From contig CANJVR010000001.1 of NCBI GenBank assembly GCA_947478395.1, positions 736,001 to 800,000 of the forward strand: a DNA stretch of 64,000 bases, written 5' to 3'. This DNA is from Opitutia bacterium. GTDB taxonomy: Bacteria > Verrucomicrobiota > Verrucomicrobiia > Opitutales > Opitutaceae. This document shows, one piece after another, positions 14,181-24,513 of the stretch. Each line of letters begins with the position of its first letter. The first letter of the stretch is position 1. Both the position numbers and the translations under genes were made by a program. Under the pieces are notes generated by a model, which saw nothing but the letters and a program-made list of their open reading frames with translations, made no database searches and was not told where the DNA came from.

Positions 14181-14248
14181 GGCGCCACGCTGCTTCCGGC
14201 CGCCCTGTGCGCCAGCCTAATTTCCGCAACGTTCGCCGCGACCTGCTC

Positions 14249-16795
14249 CTATTTGGTTGGGAGCCCGAAGATCTTCACCATCGCCTCCAACTCGGCATCG
14301 CCGAGCGGTTGCTCGCGAAGCTCAGCCCGGGCTTCGGTCACCGTTGCAACCGTGACGGGATCGGCCTCGTGGCCCCAGGAGCGGCGCACAAACGTCAGCA
14401 CATCGGCGACCGCCTGATCGGTGAGCATGGTTTTCCACGGGGGCATGACGCGATTTTCCGTCATTTTTCCGTTGAGCACGATGCGTGAGACGATGCGCGG
14501 ATCGCCGAGCACCCAGCGCGAGAAAAGAAGCGAGGGCGCGAGGCCGGCGAGCCCCTGGCCGTTGGGTTGGTGACACGCCGCACAGAGTTGCGCGAACTGC
14601 AACTGGCCGCGATCAAACTGCACTTGTTCCGGTCGCGTCAAAGGGCGGGCCGCCACGGTTTCCGCCCCGGGTTTGCCCGGCCATTTGAGCTGCGTGAGCA
14701 ATTGCTCAGCCGCGGTTCCCACGGGCGAACCTTTCTTCGCCGCGAGGGCGAGCAGCGGCTTCGGCTCAGCGGGAAGACTGGCCGCCATCGTTCGGCCGTC
14801 TGGCGTGCGCGGTAGAAAATTTCTCACGCCGGCAAAAAGCGCGGTGCGCGCCCAGTCCGGCGTGTCCGCCGCGGCGGTCAGAACGAGCACGCGCTCGATG
14901 CGCGCCGCGTTGCCGGACTTCAACACCGCGCTCGTCGCAAATCGAATCGTGTCGGCCGTCCGCGCGGCCGCTTCGGCGTTCTTCACGAGTCCCTCGATCA
15001 GATCCTCTTCACGACCGGCGAGGCCGCTCACGATCGCATCGGCGACGAACCGTTGCGCGCCCGCGGCGATCGCGAGTTGACGCAACGCGAGATCGGCGGC
15101 CGGGGTACCCGCCTCGCCGAGAGAGAGCGCGAGCTGCAGTCGCACCGCCGGCTCTGCGCGCGTTGCAACGAGCGCCGCGACCTGCGCGGTCAACTCCGCA
15201 TCGCGCGTCGGCGGGGCCAAAAACTTCTCCGCGAGCCGCACCGCCGCGGCGCAGACGCGGGGATCTTTATCCGCGAGAGCGGCGGCGATCGTGCCGCGAT
15301 CCAAACCGTCGGTGCCCTCAAGCGTCCACAGCGCGTGAACCCGAGCGAGCGGCGGCTGGGCGGCGTCGACGGCCAGTCGGCGCAACGCGACATTCGCTGC
15401 CGGATCGCGTTTCTCGACGAGGAGCTGTTGCGCGGTGTCCCGCACCCAGCCGTTGGGATCGGAGAGTTTCGCGGTGAGTTCAACGGGCGAAGCGGTCGCG
15501 AGCGTGAGTTGGTAGTTCGCTTTGGGCGCGCCGTCCGGGACGATGCGCCAAATGCGGCCGAGGTTGACGCCTTTTTCGAGGCTGCGTTCCTCGATCTGCT
15601 TGCGGAGGAAACTCGTGACAAAGGTGCGGTGCTGGATGACACCGCGGTACATATCCACGACGTAGAGCGCGCCGTCGGGGCCGTTGAAGACATTGACCGG
15701 ACGGAATCGCTCATCAGTCGACGTCATGAACTCGGTGCCTTCATAGGCATTGGCTCCGGTAGGTACGCCGTCTTGGTCGGAAATCTTGATCCGCTTCACC
15801 AGATTGCCGGCGACTTCGGGCACGAAGCCGTTGCCGACGAAGTCCGGGCCGAGGAGCGCGCCGCGATAAATCACGGGGCCGGCCGCACCCGTCATCGCGG
15901 TAATTTTCCCCTCGCCGTCGAGCGAGTTGTAGGCGCGGTTCACCCCGGGCGTGACGCGACCCGGCCAGATGCGCAGGCGGGACGAGACCACGGAAACATT
16001 CGTGCCACCCGCACCGGGGAAATTGGAATTGCGATTCAGGTAAGCCGAAGGAACCACATCCACGCGCAGGGGATCGCTGTTGGTATCGTAGTAAATCCGG
16101 CCCACGTCGTCCTGCGTGATACCCCATTGGCCGCGGGGGATGGTCTTTTCACGCGTGAGTTTTCCATCGCCGAGCCAGCGGAAGCGCACGTTGTGCTTCG
16201 CATTGTAGAGCCAGTTATCAAGCGCCCACATGAGGCCGTTGGCGTCATGCTCGGGGTTGCCGCCCACGCCATAGTCGCTCACGACCTCGGTCTTAACATC
16301 GGCCTGACCGTCGCCGTTCGTATCGCGCATCCACACCAATTTCGCCGGGTATCCGACCAGCGCACCGTCGCCCACGAGCGCGAGCGCACGCGGCATCACC
16401 AGCTTGTCGGCAAAAACCACCCGGCGGTCGTAGCGACCGTCGCCATCCGTGTCGCTCAGAACGGCGATCACACCGACGGCCTGATCCTCGCCATGACCGT
16501 CCACATCGAGCATGTAGCCGCGCATCTCGACCACCCAAAGGCGTCCATCCGGCCCGAATTGCATCGCAACCGGATCGCCCACGAGCGGATCGCCGGCCAC
16601 CAGTTCAGCGTGAAAGCCCGGCGCAAGCTTGAAGGTCGCCAGCTCCTGCTCGGGCGTGAGCACCGGGGCCGGCGGGATCTTGATGTGAGCGGGCACAGGG
16701 GGCTGCACCTCGCCTTGCTTGTCGCCGCGCTGAGCCAGTGCGAGCGGCGCGGCAAGGGCGAGAAGCAGGAACGCGACGGAAGAGCGATAATACAT
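14249..16795 (-). CDS. PVC-type membrane-bound dehydrogenase-like protein (beta-propeller + HEAT repeats + cytochrome c)
   Basis: Signal peptide; LAPGFHAELVA, FRPVN..GPDGALYVVDMYR, GRIWRI; HEAT-like helices; C-terminal CAACH heme motif; start placed at MYYRSS. Confidence 0.85.
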   Translation of the reverse strand: MYYRSSVAFLLLALAAPLALAQRGDKQGEVQPPVPAHIKIPPAPVLTPEQELATFKLAPGFHAELVAGDPLVGDPVAMQFGPDGRLWVVEMRGYMLDVDGHGEDQAVGVIAVLSDTDGDGRYDRRVVFADKLVMPRALALVGDGALVGYPAKLVWMRDTNGDGQADVKTEVVSDYGVGGNPEHDANGLMWALDNWLYNAKHNVRFRWLGDGKLTREKTIPRGQWGITQDDVGRIYYDTNSDPLRVDVVPSAYLNRNSNFPGAGGTNVSVVSSRLRIWPGRVTPGVNRAYNSLDGEGKITAMTGAAGPVIYRGALLGPDFVGNGFVPEVAGNLVKRIKISDQDGVPTGANAYEGTEFMTSTDERFRPVNVFNGPDGALYVVDMYRGVIQHRTFVTSFLRKQIEERSLEKGVNLGRIWRIVPDGAPKANYQLTLATASPVELTAKLSDPNGWVRDTAQQLLVEKRDPAANVALRRLAVDAAQPPLARVHALWTLEGTDGLDRGTIAAALADKDPRVCAAAVRLAEKFLAPPTRDAELTAQVAALVATRAEPAVRLQLALSLGEAGTPAADLALRQLAIAAGAQRFVADAIVSGLAGREEDLIEGLVKNAEAAARTADTIRFATSAVLKSGNAARIERVLVLTAAADTPDWARTALFAGVRNFLPRTPDGRTMAASLPAEPKPLLALAAKKGSPVGTAAEQLLTQLKWPGKPGAETVAARPLTRPEQVQFDRGQLQFAQLCAACHQPNGQGLAGLAPSLLFSRWVLGDPRIVSRIVLNGKMTENRVMPPWKTMLTDQAVADVLTFVRRSWGHEADPVTVATVTEARAELREQPLGDAELEAMVKIFGLPTK

Positions 16796-16996
16796 GGGGA
16801 AAATTGATTCGAAGTGGCACGGCTGCCACACGACAACCGAGGGCTATGCGTTTCGATTTATTTATAAATCCGAACACCGGGTCAAGGGACGGTCGAGGAA
16901 ATATCTTGCCCGCACTTCCGCTCGGTTTGTAGTCCGCGGTGCAGCCGCTTGCACCCTCCTTCCGGCCAGCGGCCGACGCCCCATCCCGACAATTCC

Positions 16997-17995
16997 ATGA
17001 CATCCTACACCCGCCGCGAATTCTCCAAAATAGCCCTCGCCGCCCTGCCCGCGGCCGGCCTGTGGTCGGCCGCATCAGCTCCGCTGCGTGCCGCTGAGGC
17101 CGCGTCGCCCACGACGCCAGCCACCAAGCCAAACTCAAAGGTGAACGGAGTCCAAATCGGCCTCAACGTTCCCTACAGTTTTGGCAACAATGTCATGGGC
17201 GCGGACGAGGTGCTCAAAAACTGCGTGCAACTCGGCGTCAGTTCCCTGGAATTGCGGACGCAGCCCGTTGAATTATTTCTGGGTGTGCCCGAAGCGCTCC
17301 TGAATACCCGGGCCGCCGCGACCGGCGGCGCCGCGGTCCCCGCCGATCCCGCGCTCGTTCAAGCCAACGCCGAGAAGCTCCGCCAGTGGCGCCTCGGCGC
17401 ATCGATGGATCGCGTAAAGGAGTTCCGCCGCATGTACGAGAGCTCCGGCGTGCAGATCGAAATCCTGAAGGTCGATAACATGTTTCGCCTCACGGACGAC
17501 GTGCTCGATTATAATTTCACGATGGCCAAAATGCTCGGCGCCCGCGCGATTTCGTGCGAGATCTCGGCCAAGGAAGACGACCTCGTTCGCGTCGGTCGGT
17601 TTGCCGACAAGCACCAGATGATGGTCGGCTATCATGGCCACGCCGCCACGATCCCGGCGCATTGGGAGCATGCGTTCTCCCTCGCGAAATATAACGGGGC
17701 CAATGTCGATCTCGGCCACTTTGTGGCGGGCAACAACGTTTCTCCCGTGGAATTCATCAAGAAGCAGCACGCGCGGATCACGCATGTCCACGTCAAGGAT
17801 CGCAAACTGCACGAAGGACCGAACACGCCCTTCGGCGAAGGCGACACGCCGATCGTCGAAGTGCTGCGCCTGATCCGCGATAACAAGTGGGATATTCAGG
17901 CAACGATCGAATTCGAATACCGCGTCCCGGCCGGCTCGACGCGCATGGCGGAAATCGCCCGCGCGGTGAAGTATTGCCGCGACGCGCTGGCCTGA
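16997..17995 (+). CDS. Tat-exported sugar phosphate isomerase/epimerase (TIM barrel, AP endonuclease 2 family)
   Basis: TRREF twin-arginine signal; YHGH, DLGH, HVKD, IEFE metal-binding pattern. Confidence 0.8.
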   Translation: MTSYTRREFSKIALAALPAAGLWSAASAPLRAAEAASPTTPATKPNSKVNGVQIGLNVPYSFGNNVMGADEVLKNCVQLGVSSLELRTQPVELFLGVPEALLNTRAAATGGAAVPADPALVQANAEKLRQWRLGASMDRVKEFRRMYESSGVQIEILKVDNMFRLTDDVLDYNFTMAKMLGARAISCEISAKEDDLVRVGRFADKHQMMVGYHGHAATIPAHWEHAFSLAKYNGANVDLGHFVAGNNVSPVEFIKKQHARITHVHVKDRKLHEGPNTPFGEGDTPIVEVLRLIRDNKWDIQATIEFEYRVPAGSTRMAEIARAVKYCRDALA

Positions 17996-18170
17996 GCTTA
18001 GCCGTTAACGACGGAGCGGCTGGCCGAGACGCCCGCCGCTCCACCAAACGGCCGCGGAAAAATCAAAACCGCCCTAGGAGTGCGGTCCGCCCGCCGGGGC
18101 AATTCCGAGGCTTGCCTCCCGGCGGGCCGATGGTTTTTGCTGACAGGCTTTTTTATCGAAAGTCATCGCC

Positions 18171-19940
18171 ATGAAAACCACCTCCACTCCCGCCAAGTTT
18201 CCTCAAGCCGAGATCGGCCGCGAAATGAAGGGCTCCGACGCTGTCGTCGAGTGCCTCATCCGCGAGGGCGTGGATGTCATCTTCGCCTACCCCGGCGGTG
18301 CTTCGCAGGAGCTCCACCAGTCTCTCGCCCGCACCGATAAGATCCGGACGATCCTCCCGCGCCACGAACAGGGCGGTTCATTCGCCGCCGAGGCTTACTC
18401 GCGCGTGACCGGAAAAGTCGGCGTGTGCATGGCCACCAGCGGTCCCGGCGCGACCAATCTCGTCTCTGCCATCGCCGACGCGTTCATGGACTCGATCCCG
18501 ATGGTCGCGATCACCGGTCAGGTGTTTTCGAAATACATCGGCAAGATGGCGTTTCAGGAAACCGATTTCTACGGCATGACGCTCCCCGTCGTGAAGCACT
18601 CCTACCTGGTGCTCGATGTCCACGATCTGCCGCGCATCTTCAAGGAAGCCTTCGTTCTGGCCCGCAGCGGCCGGCCCGGTCCGGTCGTCATCGATATTCC
18701 GAAGGACGTGCAGCAGGCGAAATTCCAGCCGGTGTTTCCGGCCACGGTCGAGTTCCGCAATCCCACGCTCAGTCACGTTCCGCAAGCGACCGACGAAGAA
18801 CTCCGCAAAATCCTCGCGCTCATTGCCGACGCGAAGCGGCCCGTGCTCTACGTCGGCGGCGGCGTGGTTTCAGCCGAAGCCAGCGCCGAACTGAAAGCCT
18901 TCGCGGAAAAAACCAATATCCGGGTCGCCACCACGCTGATGGGCGTGGGTACGTTCCCCGAAACGCATCCGTTGTCGATGCACTGGTTCGGCATGCATGG
19001 CGCCGCCTACGGGAACTGGGCCGTCGACCAATGCGACTTGCTCCTGTGTTTTGCCGCGCGCTTCGACGACCGTATCACGGGCAACACCGACAAATTCGCC
19101 GCCGCGGCCAAGATCGTCCACATCGACATCGACGCGTCCGAGCACAACAAGAACAAGCGCGTCCAGCTCGCGATCACGAGCGACATCAAATACGCGCTCA
19201 CCCGCCTCAACGAACTCGCCGCAAAATTCGCGCCACCCGAGACCAAAGCGTGGCACGCGCAGATCGACACGTGGATGAAGGATCACCCGTTCGGCTACGA
19301 AGAGAGCAAGCACATCGTCCCGCAGGAAGCGGTGAAGACCCTCTACGAACTCACGAAGGGCGATGCGATCATCACGACCGGCGTCGGCCAACACCAGATG
19401 TGGGCCGCCCAGTTCTATCGTTTCAACGAGCCGCGCCGCTACATCAGCTCGCTCGGTCTCGGCGCGATGGGCTTCGGCTATCCCGCCGCCCTCGGCGCCA
19501 AAGTGGCCCGTCCGGACAAACAAGTCATCGACATCGACGGCGACGGCTCGTGGGTGATGAACATCCAGGAGCTCGCCACCGCGAAGATCGAGAAGATCGC
19601 CGCGAAAGCGATGATCCTGAATAACCAGCACCTTGGCATGGTCGTGCAATGGGAAGACCGCTTCTACGGCAGCGTGCGCGGCAACACGATTCTCGGCGAC
19701 GAGACCAACGTCGGCAGCCCCGACAACCTCGCCGGCATCTACCCTGATTTCGTCACCATCGCCCAAGGCTTCGGCGTGAAAGCGCGCCGCGTGCACAAGA
19801 AGAGCGAGCTACGCGAAGCGATCCAGGAAATGCTCGACCACGACGGCCCGTACGTCCTCGACGTGATCGTGCCCTACACGGAGCACGTCTTGCCGATGAT
19901 CCCCGCCGGTAAAACGGTGAAGGACATGCTGCTGAAGTAA
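18171..19940 (+). CDS. ilvB: Acetolactate synthase large subunit (biosynthetic type)
   Basis: [32 protein letters not shown]...NN ThDP motif. Confidence 0.96.
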   Translation: MKTTSTPAKFPQAEIGREMKGSDAVVECLIREGVDVIFAYPGGASQELHQSLARTDKIRTILPRHEQGGSFAAEAYSRVTGKVGVCMATSGPGATNLVSAIADAFMDSIPMVAITGQVFSKYIGKMAFQETDFYGMTLPVVKHSYLVLDVHDLPRIFKEAFVLARSGRPGPVVIDIPKDVQQAKFQPVFPATVEFRNPTLSHVPQATDEELRKILALIADAKRPVLYVGGGVVSAEASAELKAFAEKTNIRVATTLMGVGTFPETHPLSMHWFGMHGAAYGNWAVDQCDLLLCFAARFDDRITGNTDKFAAAAKIVHIDIDASEHNKNKRVQLAITSDIKYALTRLNELAAKFAPPETKAWHAQIDTWMKDHPFGYEESKHIVPQEAVKTLYELTKGDAIITTGVGQHQMWAAQFYRFNEPRRYISSLGLGAMGFGYPAALGAKVARPDKQVIDIDGDGSWVMNIQELATAKIEKIAAKAMILNNQHLGMVVQWEDRFYGSVRGNTILGDETNVGSPDNLAGIYPDFVTIAQGFGVKARRVHKKSELREAIQEMLDHDGPYVLDVIVPYTEHVLPMIPAGKTVKDMLLK

Positions 19941-19970
19941 GCGGCGCTTGAGGCGCCTGCTCTGATTTTC

Positions 19971-19999
19971 GGGCCGCAGATTGCTGCGGCCCTTTTTTT
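19971..19999 (+). terminator. Rho-independent terminator after ilvB
   Basis: gggccgcag-attg-ctgcggccc followed by T7. Confidence 0.85.
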
Positions 20000-20027
20000 C
20001 GTCGCAAGGCGCCGAGCTTAGCCGCGC

Positions 20028-20831
20028 TTATCCTCGCGCGCTAAAATCTTCACCCACGATCACGCGCACCGCTTCCTGTGCCGCCGCGAGACCAAACGCG
20101 CCCGTGACCCACACCGCGGTGCCGAAGCCCGTCGCGCAGTCCAACTGCAGGTTGCTGCCCGGTTCGACCGTCGCGCGACAGGTCCCGTCCGCCCACGGAT
20201 ACACCGGCGGCTCGTCGGTCCATACGCAACGCACGCCATAGCGATGGCCCTCGCCTTTCGCGAAAGCGTAGTCGCGCCGTAATTTTTTCCGGACCTGCCG
20301 CAGCAATTCATCGCTCCCGGAATCGCCCAGATCGCTCACCCGAACCCGCGTTGCATCCCGCCGTCCACCCGCCGCGCCCACCGTCACGCAGCCGCAGCCA
20401 CGCTTCACGCTCTCCGCGATCAGCAGCGCTTTGTGCGACATCAAGTCGACCGCATCCACGACGACATTGAAGCGCGGCGCCAGGAGACGCTCCGCGGTCG
20501 CCGCCGTGAAAAATTCCGCGACGCTCGCCACCCGGCAGGCCGGGTTGATCAACCGCACCCGTTCCGCGAGCACGGCCGATTTCGGCCGGCCGATCTGGCC
20601 GTCGAGCGCCGGCAGCTGGCGGTTAACATTGGTCACGCATACATCGTCGAGATCGATCAACGTCAGTGCGCCAACCCCGCTCCGCGCGAGACCTTCCACG
20701 GTCCACGAGCCCACGCCGCCCAGCCCGATCACGGCGACGTGCGCCGCGCGCAAACGCGCCAAGGCGGCGCTCCCGAACAAGCGCGCCACGCCGCCGAAGC
20801 GCTGCGCATAATCGTCGTCTCCACTCGTCAT
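20028..20831 (-). CDS. tcdA: tRNA threonylcarbamoyladenosine dehydratase (ThiF family)
   Basis: YAQRFGGVARLFG, GLGGVGSW, DxDDVCVTNVNRQ, LDCATGFG..VTGAFG. Confidence 0.9.
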   Translation of the reverse strand: MTSGDDDYAQRFGGVARLFGSAALARLRAAHVAVIGLGGVGSWTVEGLARSGVGALTLIDLDDVCVTNVNRQLPALDGQIGRPKSAVLAERVRLINPACRVASVAEFFTAATAERLLAPRFNVVVDAVDLMSHKALLIAESVKRGCGCVTVGAAGGRRDATRVRVSDLGDSGSDELLRQVRKKLRRDYAFAKGEGHRYGVRCVWTDEPPVYPWADGTCRATVEPGSNLQLDCATGFGTAVWVTGAFGLAAAQEAVRVIVGEDFSARG

Positions 20832-21091
20832 CCGGCCAGAGCACCGGTCCGCGTTCGCGCGCGCAAGCCCGCGCTATCCGACCACTCGATCACGCGGAGG
20901 CGTTTCGCTTCTCGCCCAAGCTTATTGGCCCGGATACCCGCTCCGAAAAACACACCCTTGCCCACGAAATAATGAACCCACGTGAGCCTCGGGTCTTTGA
21001 TTGTCTTCAAGACTTTCCCGCGGCCCTCGGATTGTTCGTAGACGACGGAGAAAAGGAGCGGGGGTCCTGCGCGCACCGTCCCAGTGCGAAG

Positions 21092-21628
21092 CTAGTCCAG
21101 CAACGCTTTGACCGCTGCAATCGCCGCCGCTTCACGGGCGGGCCAGCCGCCCGCGATCTGCTTCCACGGGAGACCGCGTTGCGCGAGCGTGTCGCGCCAA
21201 AGTTTTCCTGCCGCGATCCGCCGTGCATCGTCGGGAAAACAACGCTGGGGATCGGGCGCGAACGCGACATCCGTGTCGCAGAATAAAAAGAGCGAAAAAT
21301 TCCGGGCGCGCGCATCAGCCTCCGGACGCACCCACACCGGGCAGGCGCCGGGAAACAGGAGGTCGTTCCACAGGACACACGTCATCAGCTCGGTGTCGCA
21401 AAAAACCACGCGCCGCGCGCGCGCGGCCGCCGTTTCCTCGTTTGCGATTTGACCTCGAGCGATCGCATCGAGATCGGCGGGCCCGATTTTTCCGTCGTGG
21501 GTATCCCAGTATTCCCGCACGTATTCCGCGGCCCACGGCTCTTCGAAGTGGTTCGCCAGCATGCGGGCCAGCGTGGTCTTGCCGGTGGACTCCGTGCCGA
21601 AAATTGCGATGCGCTTTACGTCAGCCAT
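21092..21628 (-). CDS. NadR-type ribosylnicotinamide kinase / AAA_28 ATPase
   Basis: GTESTGKTTL P-loop, EYVREY, FCDT, DPQR; overlaps the pnuC stop by 8 nt. Confidence 0.85.
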   Translation of the reverse strand: MADVKRIAIFGTESTGKTTLARMLANHFEEPWAAEYVREYWDTHDGKIGPADLDAIARGQIANEETAAARARRVVFCDTELMTCVLWNDLLFPGACPVWVRPEADARARNFSLFLFCDTDVAFAPDPQRCFPDDARRIAAGKLWRDTLAQRGLPWKQIAGGWPAREAAAIAAVKALLD

Positions 21629-22229
21629 GCGCCCTCCGCCATGATTCGCGCCAGGCTCGGAGCCCACCCCAAGCCAGCAGCCAGAAAATAAAATAGAGCA
21701 CCGCGAACCAATAAAATCCCCGGCTCCAATAAACGCCGATCGCGACCGTGTTGGTGATAATCCACGCGTGCCAGTTCTCGAGGATCTTACGCGATTGCAG
21801 CCACTGCGCGGTCACGCTGGCCGCAAAAATAAAGCCGTCCCACCACGGCAACGCCGCATCCGTAAAGGTCGCCATCCCCGCACCCCATGCCGCGCACACT
21901 GCCAGCGTGCCGAGCGACCACGCCAGCCGGCCCCGCAACGATAAACGCTGCACGGCCAGCGGCGTTTCGTCTTTCGTTCCCCGCCCCCAGTGCCACCAGC
22001 CGTAGATCATCGCCGCAAAAAATATCACCTGCAGGACGGCGTCGGAATAGAGTTTCCCCTGAAAAAAAACCCAGCCGGACAACGCCGCTTGCACCAAGCC
22101 CACCGGGAAATTCCACAAACTTTCCCGCATCGCCAGCCACACGAAGATCACCCCCAGGACGGTAGCCGCTTGCTCGAGCCGGCTCGCATTGAGCGCCCCC
22201 GTGACAATTTCATGAAAAATCGCGCTCAA
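21621..22229 (-). CDS. pnuC: PnuC-family nicotinamide riboside / vitamin transporter
   Basis: WNFPVGL, LYSD..LQ, YGWWHW, WDG...SVTAQWL..RKILENW; start uncertain (TTG at 22229 chosen). Confidence 0.9.
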   Translation of the reverse strand: MSAIFHEIVTGALNASRLEQAATVLGVIFVWLAMRESLWNFPVGLVQAALSGWVFFQGKLYSDAVLQVIFFAAMIYGWWHWGRGTKDETPLAVQRLSLRGRLAWSLGTLAVCAAWGAGMATFTDAALPWWDGFIFAASVTAQWLQSRKILENWHAWIITNTVAIGVYWSRGFYWFAVLYFIFWLLAWGGLRAWRESWRRAHG

Positions 22230-22300
22230 GCGTGAAAATGACGAACGATCATCGCCCACACGGATAAAAATCTGCCGCCCACGTCAACCGAGCACCGTGC

Positions 22301-22472
22301 TTGAGCCGCGCCGGGCCCAAGATCGGCCGGCGCCCGGCCAAGAACCTCGAGGCTGCACTCGCCCACGAACTCGCCGACTGCCTCTGGTCCGTGCTGGTGT
22401 GCGCCGACGCCTACCACGTCGATCTCGGACACGCTTTCGCCAAGACGATGGACGCCCTCGAGCGGAAGCTCA
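22301..22472 (+). pseudogene. 5'-truncated MazG-like nucleotide pyrophosphohydrolase remnant
   Basis: GRRPAKNLEAALAHELADCLWSVLVCADAYHVDLGHAFAKTMDALERKL carries the C-terminal ELAD helix; no N-terminal EExE helix and no convincing start. Confidence 0.6.
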
Positions 22473-23507
22473 CGGCGCCACGTCGAACCAAAAGGGCAAA
22501 AACGTCTCGCGTCCCTGGACGTTAACCTGCGCCCAGATCACGTAACGGCCCGCGCTGGGAATCGTGATCTTAAACGAAAGCGCCGGCTTCACCGGATCAG
22601 GCGGAGCGAGCAGATCCGTTTCCATCGGGTGCAAGTGAGCAAAACCGCGCCGGGCCTCATCGAACGCCACGAGATGCGCAAACGCGCCCATCACCGGCTC
22701 GAGTGCGACGCGGCCGCCATCGGCCCGCGTGGCGGCAAACTTCAAGTCCACCACCTGCCTGGCCCGCACCGGCTCCGCGCTAGGCGTCAGCGTGAAACGA
22801 ATGCCGTCTCGCTCCACGGACCAGGTCGACTTCGCCGCCGCTCGAACCGTGGCGAGGTCGGCCGGTGACACCATCGGACTGATGCCGTCCGTCACGGCCA
22901 AATCCGCGCTGGCGTACAATCCGCGCGCTGTCGCCACCGGGGTGAAGTCGGCGAACACGCGATAAATTCCGGTCCGCCGTGGTGTGAATTCAAAATTCCA
23001 CTGGCCAGGATTTTTGCCCGGCGTCGGATGCACATGCTGATAGTCCCCGAGCGCCGGATCGACGATCAGGAGATGCAGTTTCTTCGTGTGCACCACGAGC
23101 AGATCCTCCGGCGAGATCAATTTCCCGTTCGCGGTTTTCAGGGTCATCGTGCCGCGCGCGGATTCGCCCGCCCGCACCGCGGCTCCGGCCGTCGTCAGCG
23201 ACATCGCAACCGGCGAACGCACGTCGACGACCGGAATGAACTGCGGGTTCAACGGATCGCAGAAATCGAAGGAGTTTCCCCCCGTCGCGCGAAAGTCCAT
23301 GTGATTGAGATTCGTGCCCGTCGGCAGGAAGCGGAGAAACAAAAACACCGCCACCGCACCCAACGTGATCCAAGCCGCCTGCCGCCACTGCCGTGCAGCT
23401 AAACCCGAATGCGGCGCACCCTCACCCCGCATTCGCACGGGATTATCTACCCCATCGCTGCGGGGTGCGGACGCCCCGCCTACAGGACTGGAAGTTTCGT
23501 CGTTCAC
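22470..23507 (-). CDS. Membrane-anchored His-motif (putative copper/heavy-metal binding) protein
   Basis: One N-terminal TM helix; two repeats HTKKLHL..DYQHVHP and MGAFAHL..GFAHLHP, each followed by GxYxxF/W; GTG start overlaps the SCO stop (alternative ATG at 23432). Confidence 0.65.
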   Translation of the reverse strand: MNDETSSPVGGASAPRSDGVDNPVRMRGEGAPHSGLAARQWRQAAWITLGAVAVFLFLRFLPTGTNLNHMDFRATGGNSFDFCDPLNPQFIPVVDVRSPVAMSLTTAGAAVRAGESARGTMTLKTANGKLISPEDLLVVHTKKLHLLIVDPALGDYQHVHPTPGKNPGQWNFEFTPRRTGIYRVFADFTPVATARGLYASADLAVTDGISPMVSPADLATVRAAAKSTWSVERDGIRFTLTPSAEPVRARQVVDLKFAATRADGGRVALEPVMGAFAHLVAFDEARRGFAHLHPMETDLLAPPDPVKPALSFKITIPSAGRYVIWAQVNVQGRETFLPFWFDVAP

Positions 23508-24427
23508 TTTTTCATCTTCGCCACAAATTCTTCCGGCTCCCACCCGCTGCCGTCGGCGCGATGGATGATTTTTCCCGTCGGATCGATCAACAGCGTCGCG
23601 AGGCTGTGCTTCAACAAGTCGCCCTCGAATTCCGCCACGACGCCAAATTGCGTGAGCAAATCACGGATCGCGCCTTCCGGTCCGGTGAGAAACGAGAAGT
23701 TCGCCGGATCGATCCCGCGGACCGCCGCGTACTCCTTCAAAATCCCCGGCGTGTCGTAGGCCGGGTCCAGCGTGATTGAGATCAACTCGATGTTCGGCAG
23801 CGCGGCTGCCTTAACCTGCTTTTGCGCCGCCATCATTTTCAAAGTCGCCGCCGGGCACTTGTCGACGAACGGGCACCGGGTAAAAATGAAATTCAACATC
23901 ACGGTCTTGCCGCGAAAGCGGCCGCTGGTGATCACCCGGCCTTCCTGATCCAACAGCGTGAAGTTCGGGATCGCCTCGCCCATTTCGCGATACGCGGCCT
24001 TGCCCTTGGTCATGGTGTCCTCCCGCAACCCCCGTGCGCCGGCGGCGATCGCGGCATTCGTCGCCTGGTCGTCCGGCCAGATTTTTTCCAGACGGGAATC
24101 GCCGTTTTTCTCGCGGACCAATTCCGCGCGGATGTGCTGCCCGGCTTTCAACACCCGTACATCGCCGCCCGACACCGCGAAATCCATGGTCATCGCCGGC
24201 ATGAGTCCCTTGACCTCGTCGTGCCGCACCGTGATCGCCTTGCCCGCCTCATTCACGGACAAAACTTCGCCGGTCAACGCATAGCGTTCGGCCCCGTCGG
24301 CTCTGGCCGCGACCGCCGGCGCCGACGCCGCGGCGCCACTTTTCTCAGTTCGATCGCAGCCCGTTGCCCCAGTTAAAATCAAGCCGGCCAGAATCAACCC
24401 AAGCGTGCGGCGCGCATAAGTTTTCAT
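23504..24427 (-). CDS. SCO-family copper chaperone lipoprotein with N-terminal CusF-like domain
   Basis: Lipobox ATGC; HDEVKGLMPAMTMDF (CusF-like); FIFTRCPFVDKCP, ITLDPAYDTP and HS motifs of SCO1/SenC. Confidence 0.85.
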   Translation of the reverse strand: MKTYARRTLGLILAGLILTGATGCDRTEKSGAAASAPAVAARADGAERYALTGEVLSVNEAGKAITVRHDEVKGLMPAMTMDFAVSGGDVRVLKAGQHIRAELVREKNGDSRLEKIWPDDQATNAAIAAGARGLREDTMTKGKAAYREMGEAIPNFTLLDQEGRVITSGRFRGKTVMLNFIFTRCPFVDKCPAATLKMMAAQKQVKAAALPNIELISITLDPAYDTPGILKEYAAVRGIDPANFSFLTGPEGAIRDLLTQFGVVAEFEGDLLKHSLATLLIDPTGKIIHRADGSGWEPEEFVAKMKK

Positions 24428-24513
24428 TACATCACAGATTCGCGGGTGGAAAACATTGTCAAAGGGTTTGCGGCGGCCAGCACCTGCGCTTCTTCTCAAC
24501 GCTCCTTCCGCTC

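Noticed and set aside
18089..18155. Possible ilvB attenuator (GC hairpin plus T runs)
   Set aside because: No Ile/Leu/Val-rich leader peptide; the hairpin overlaps a likely -35 element.
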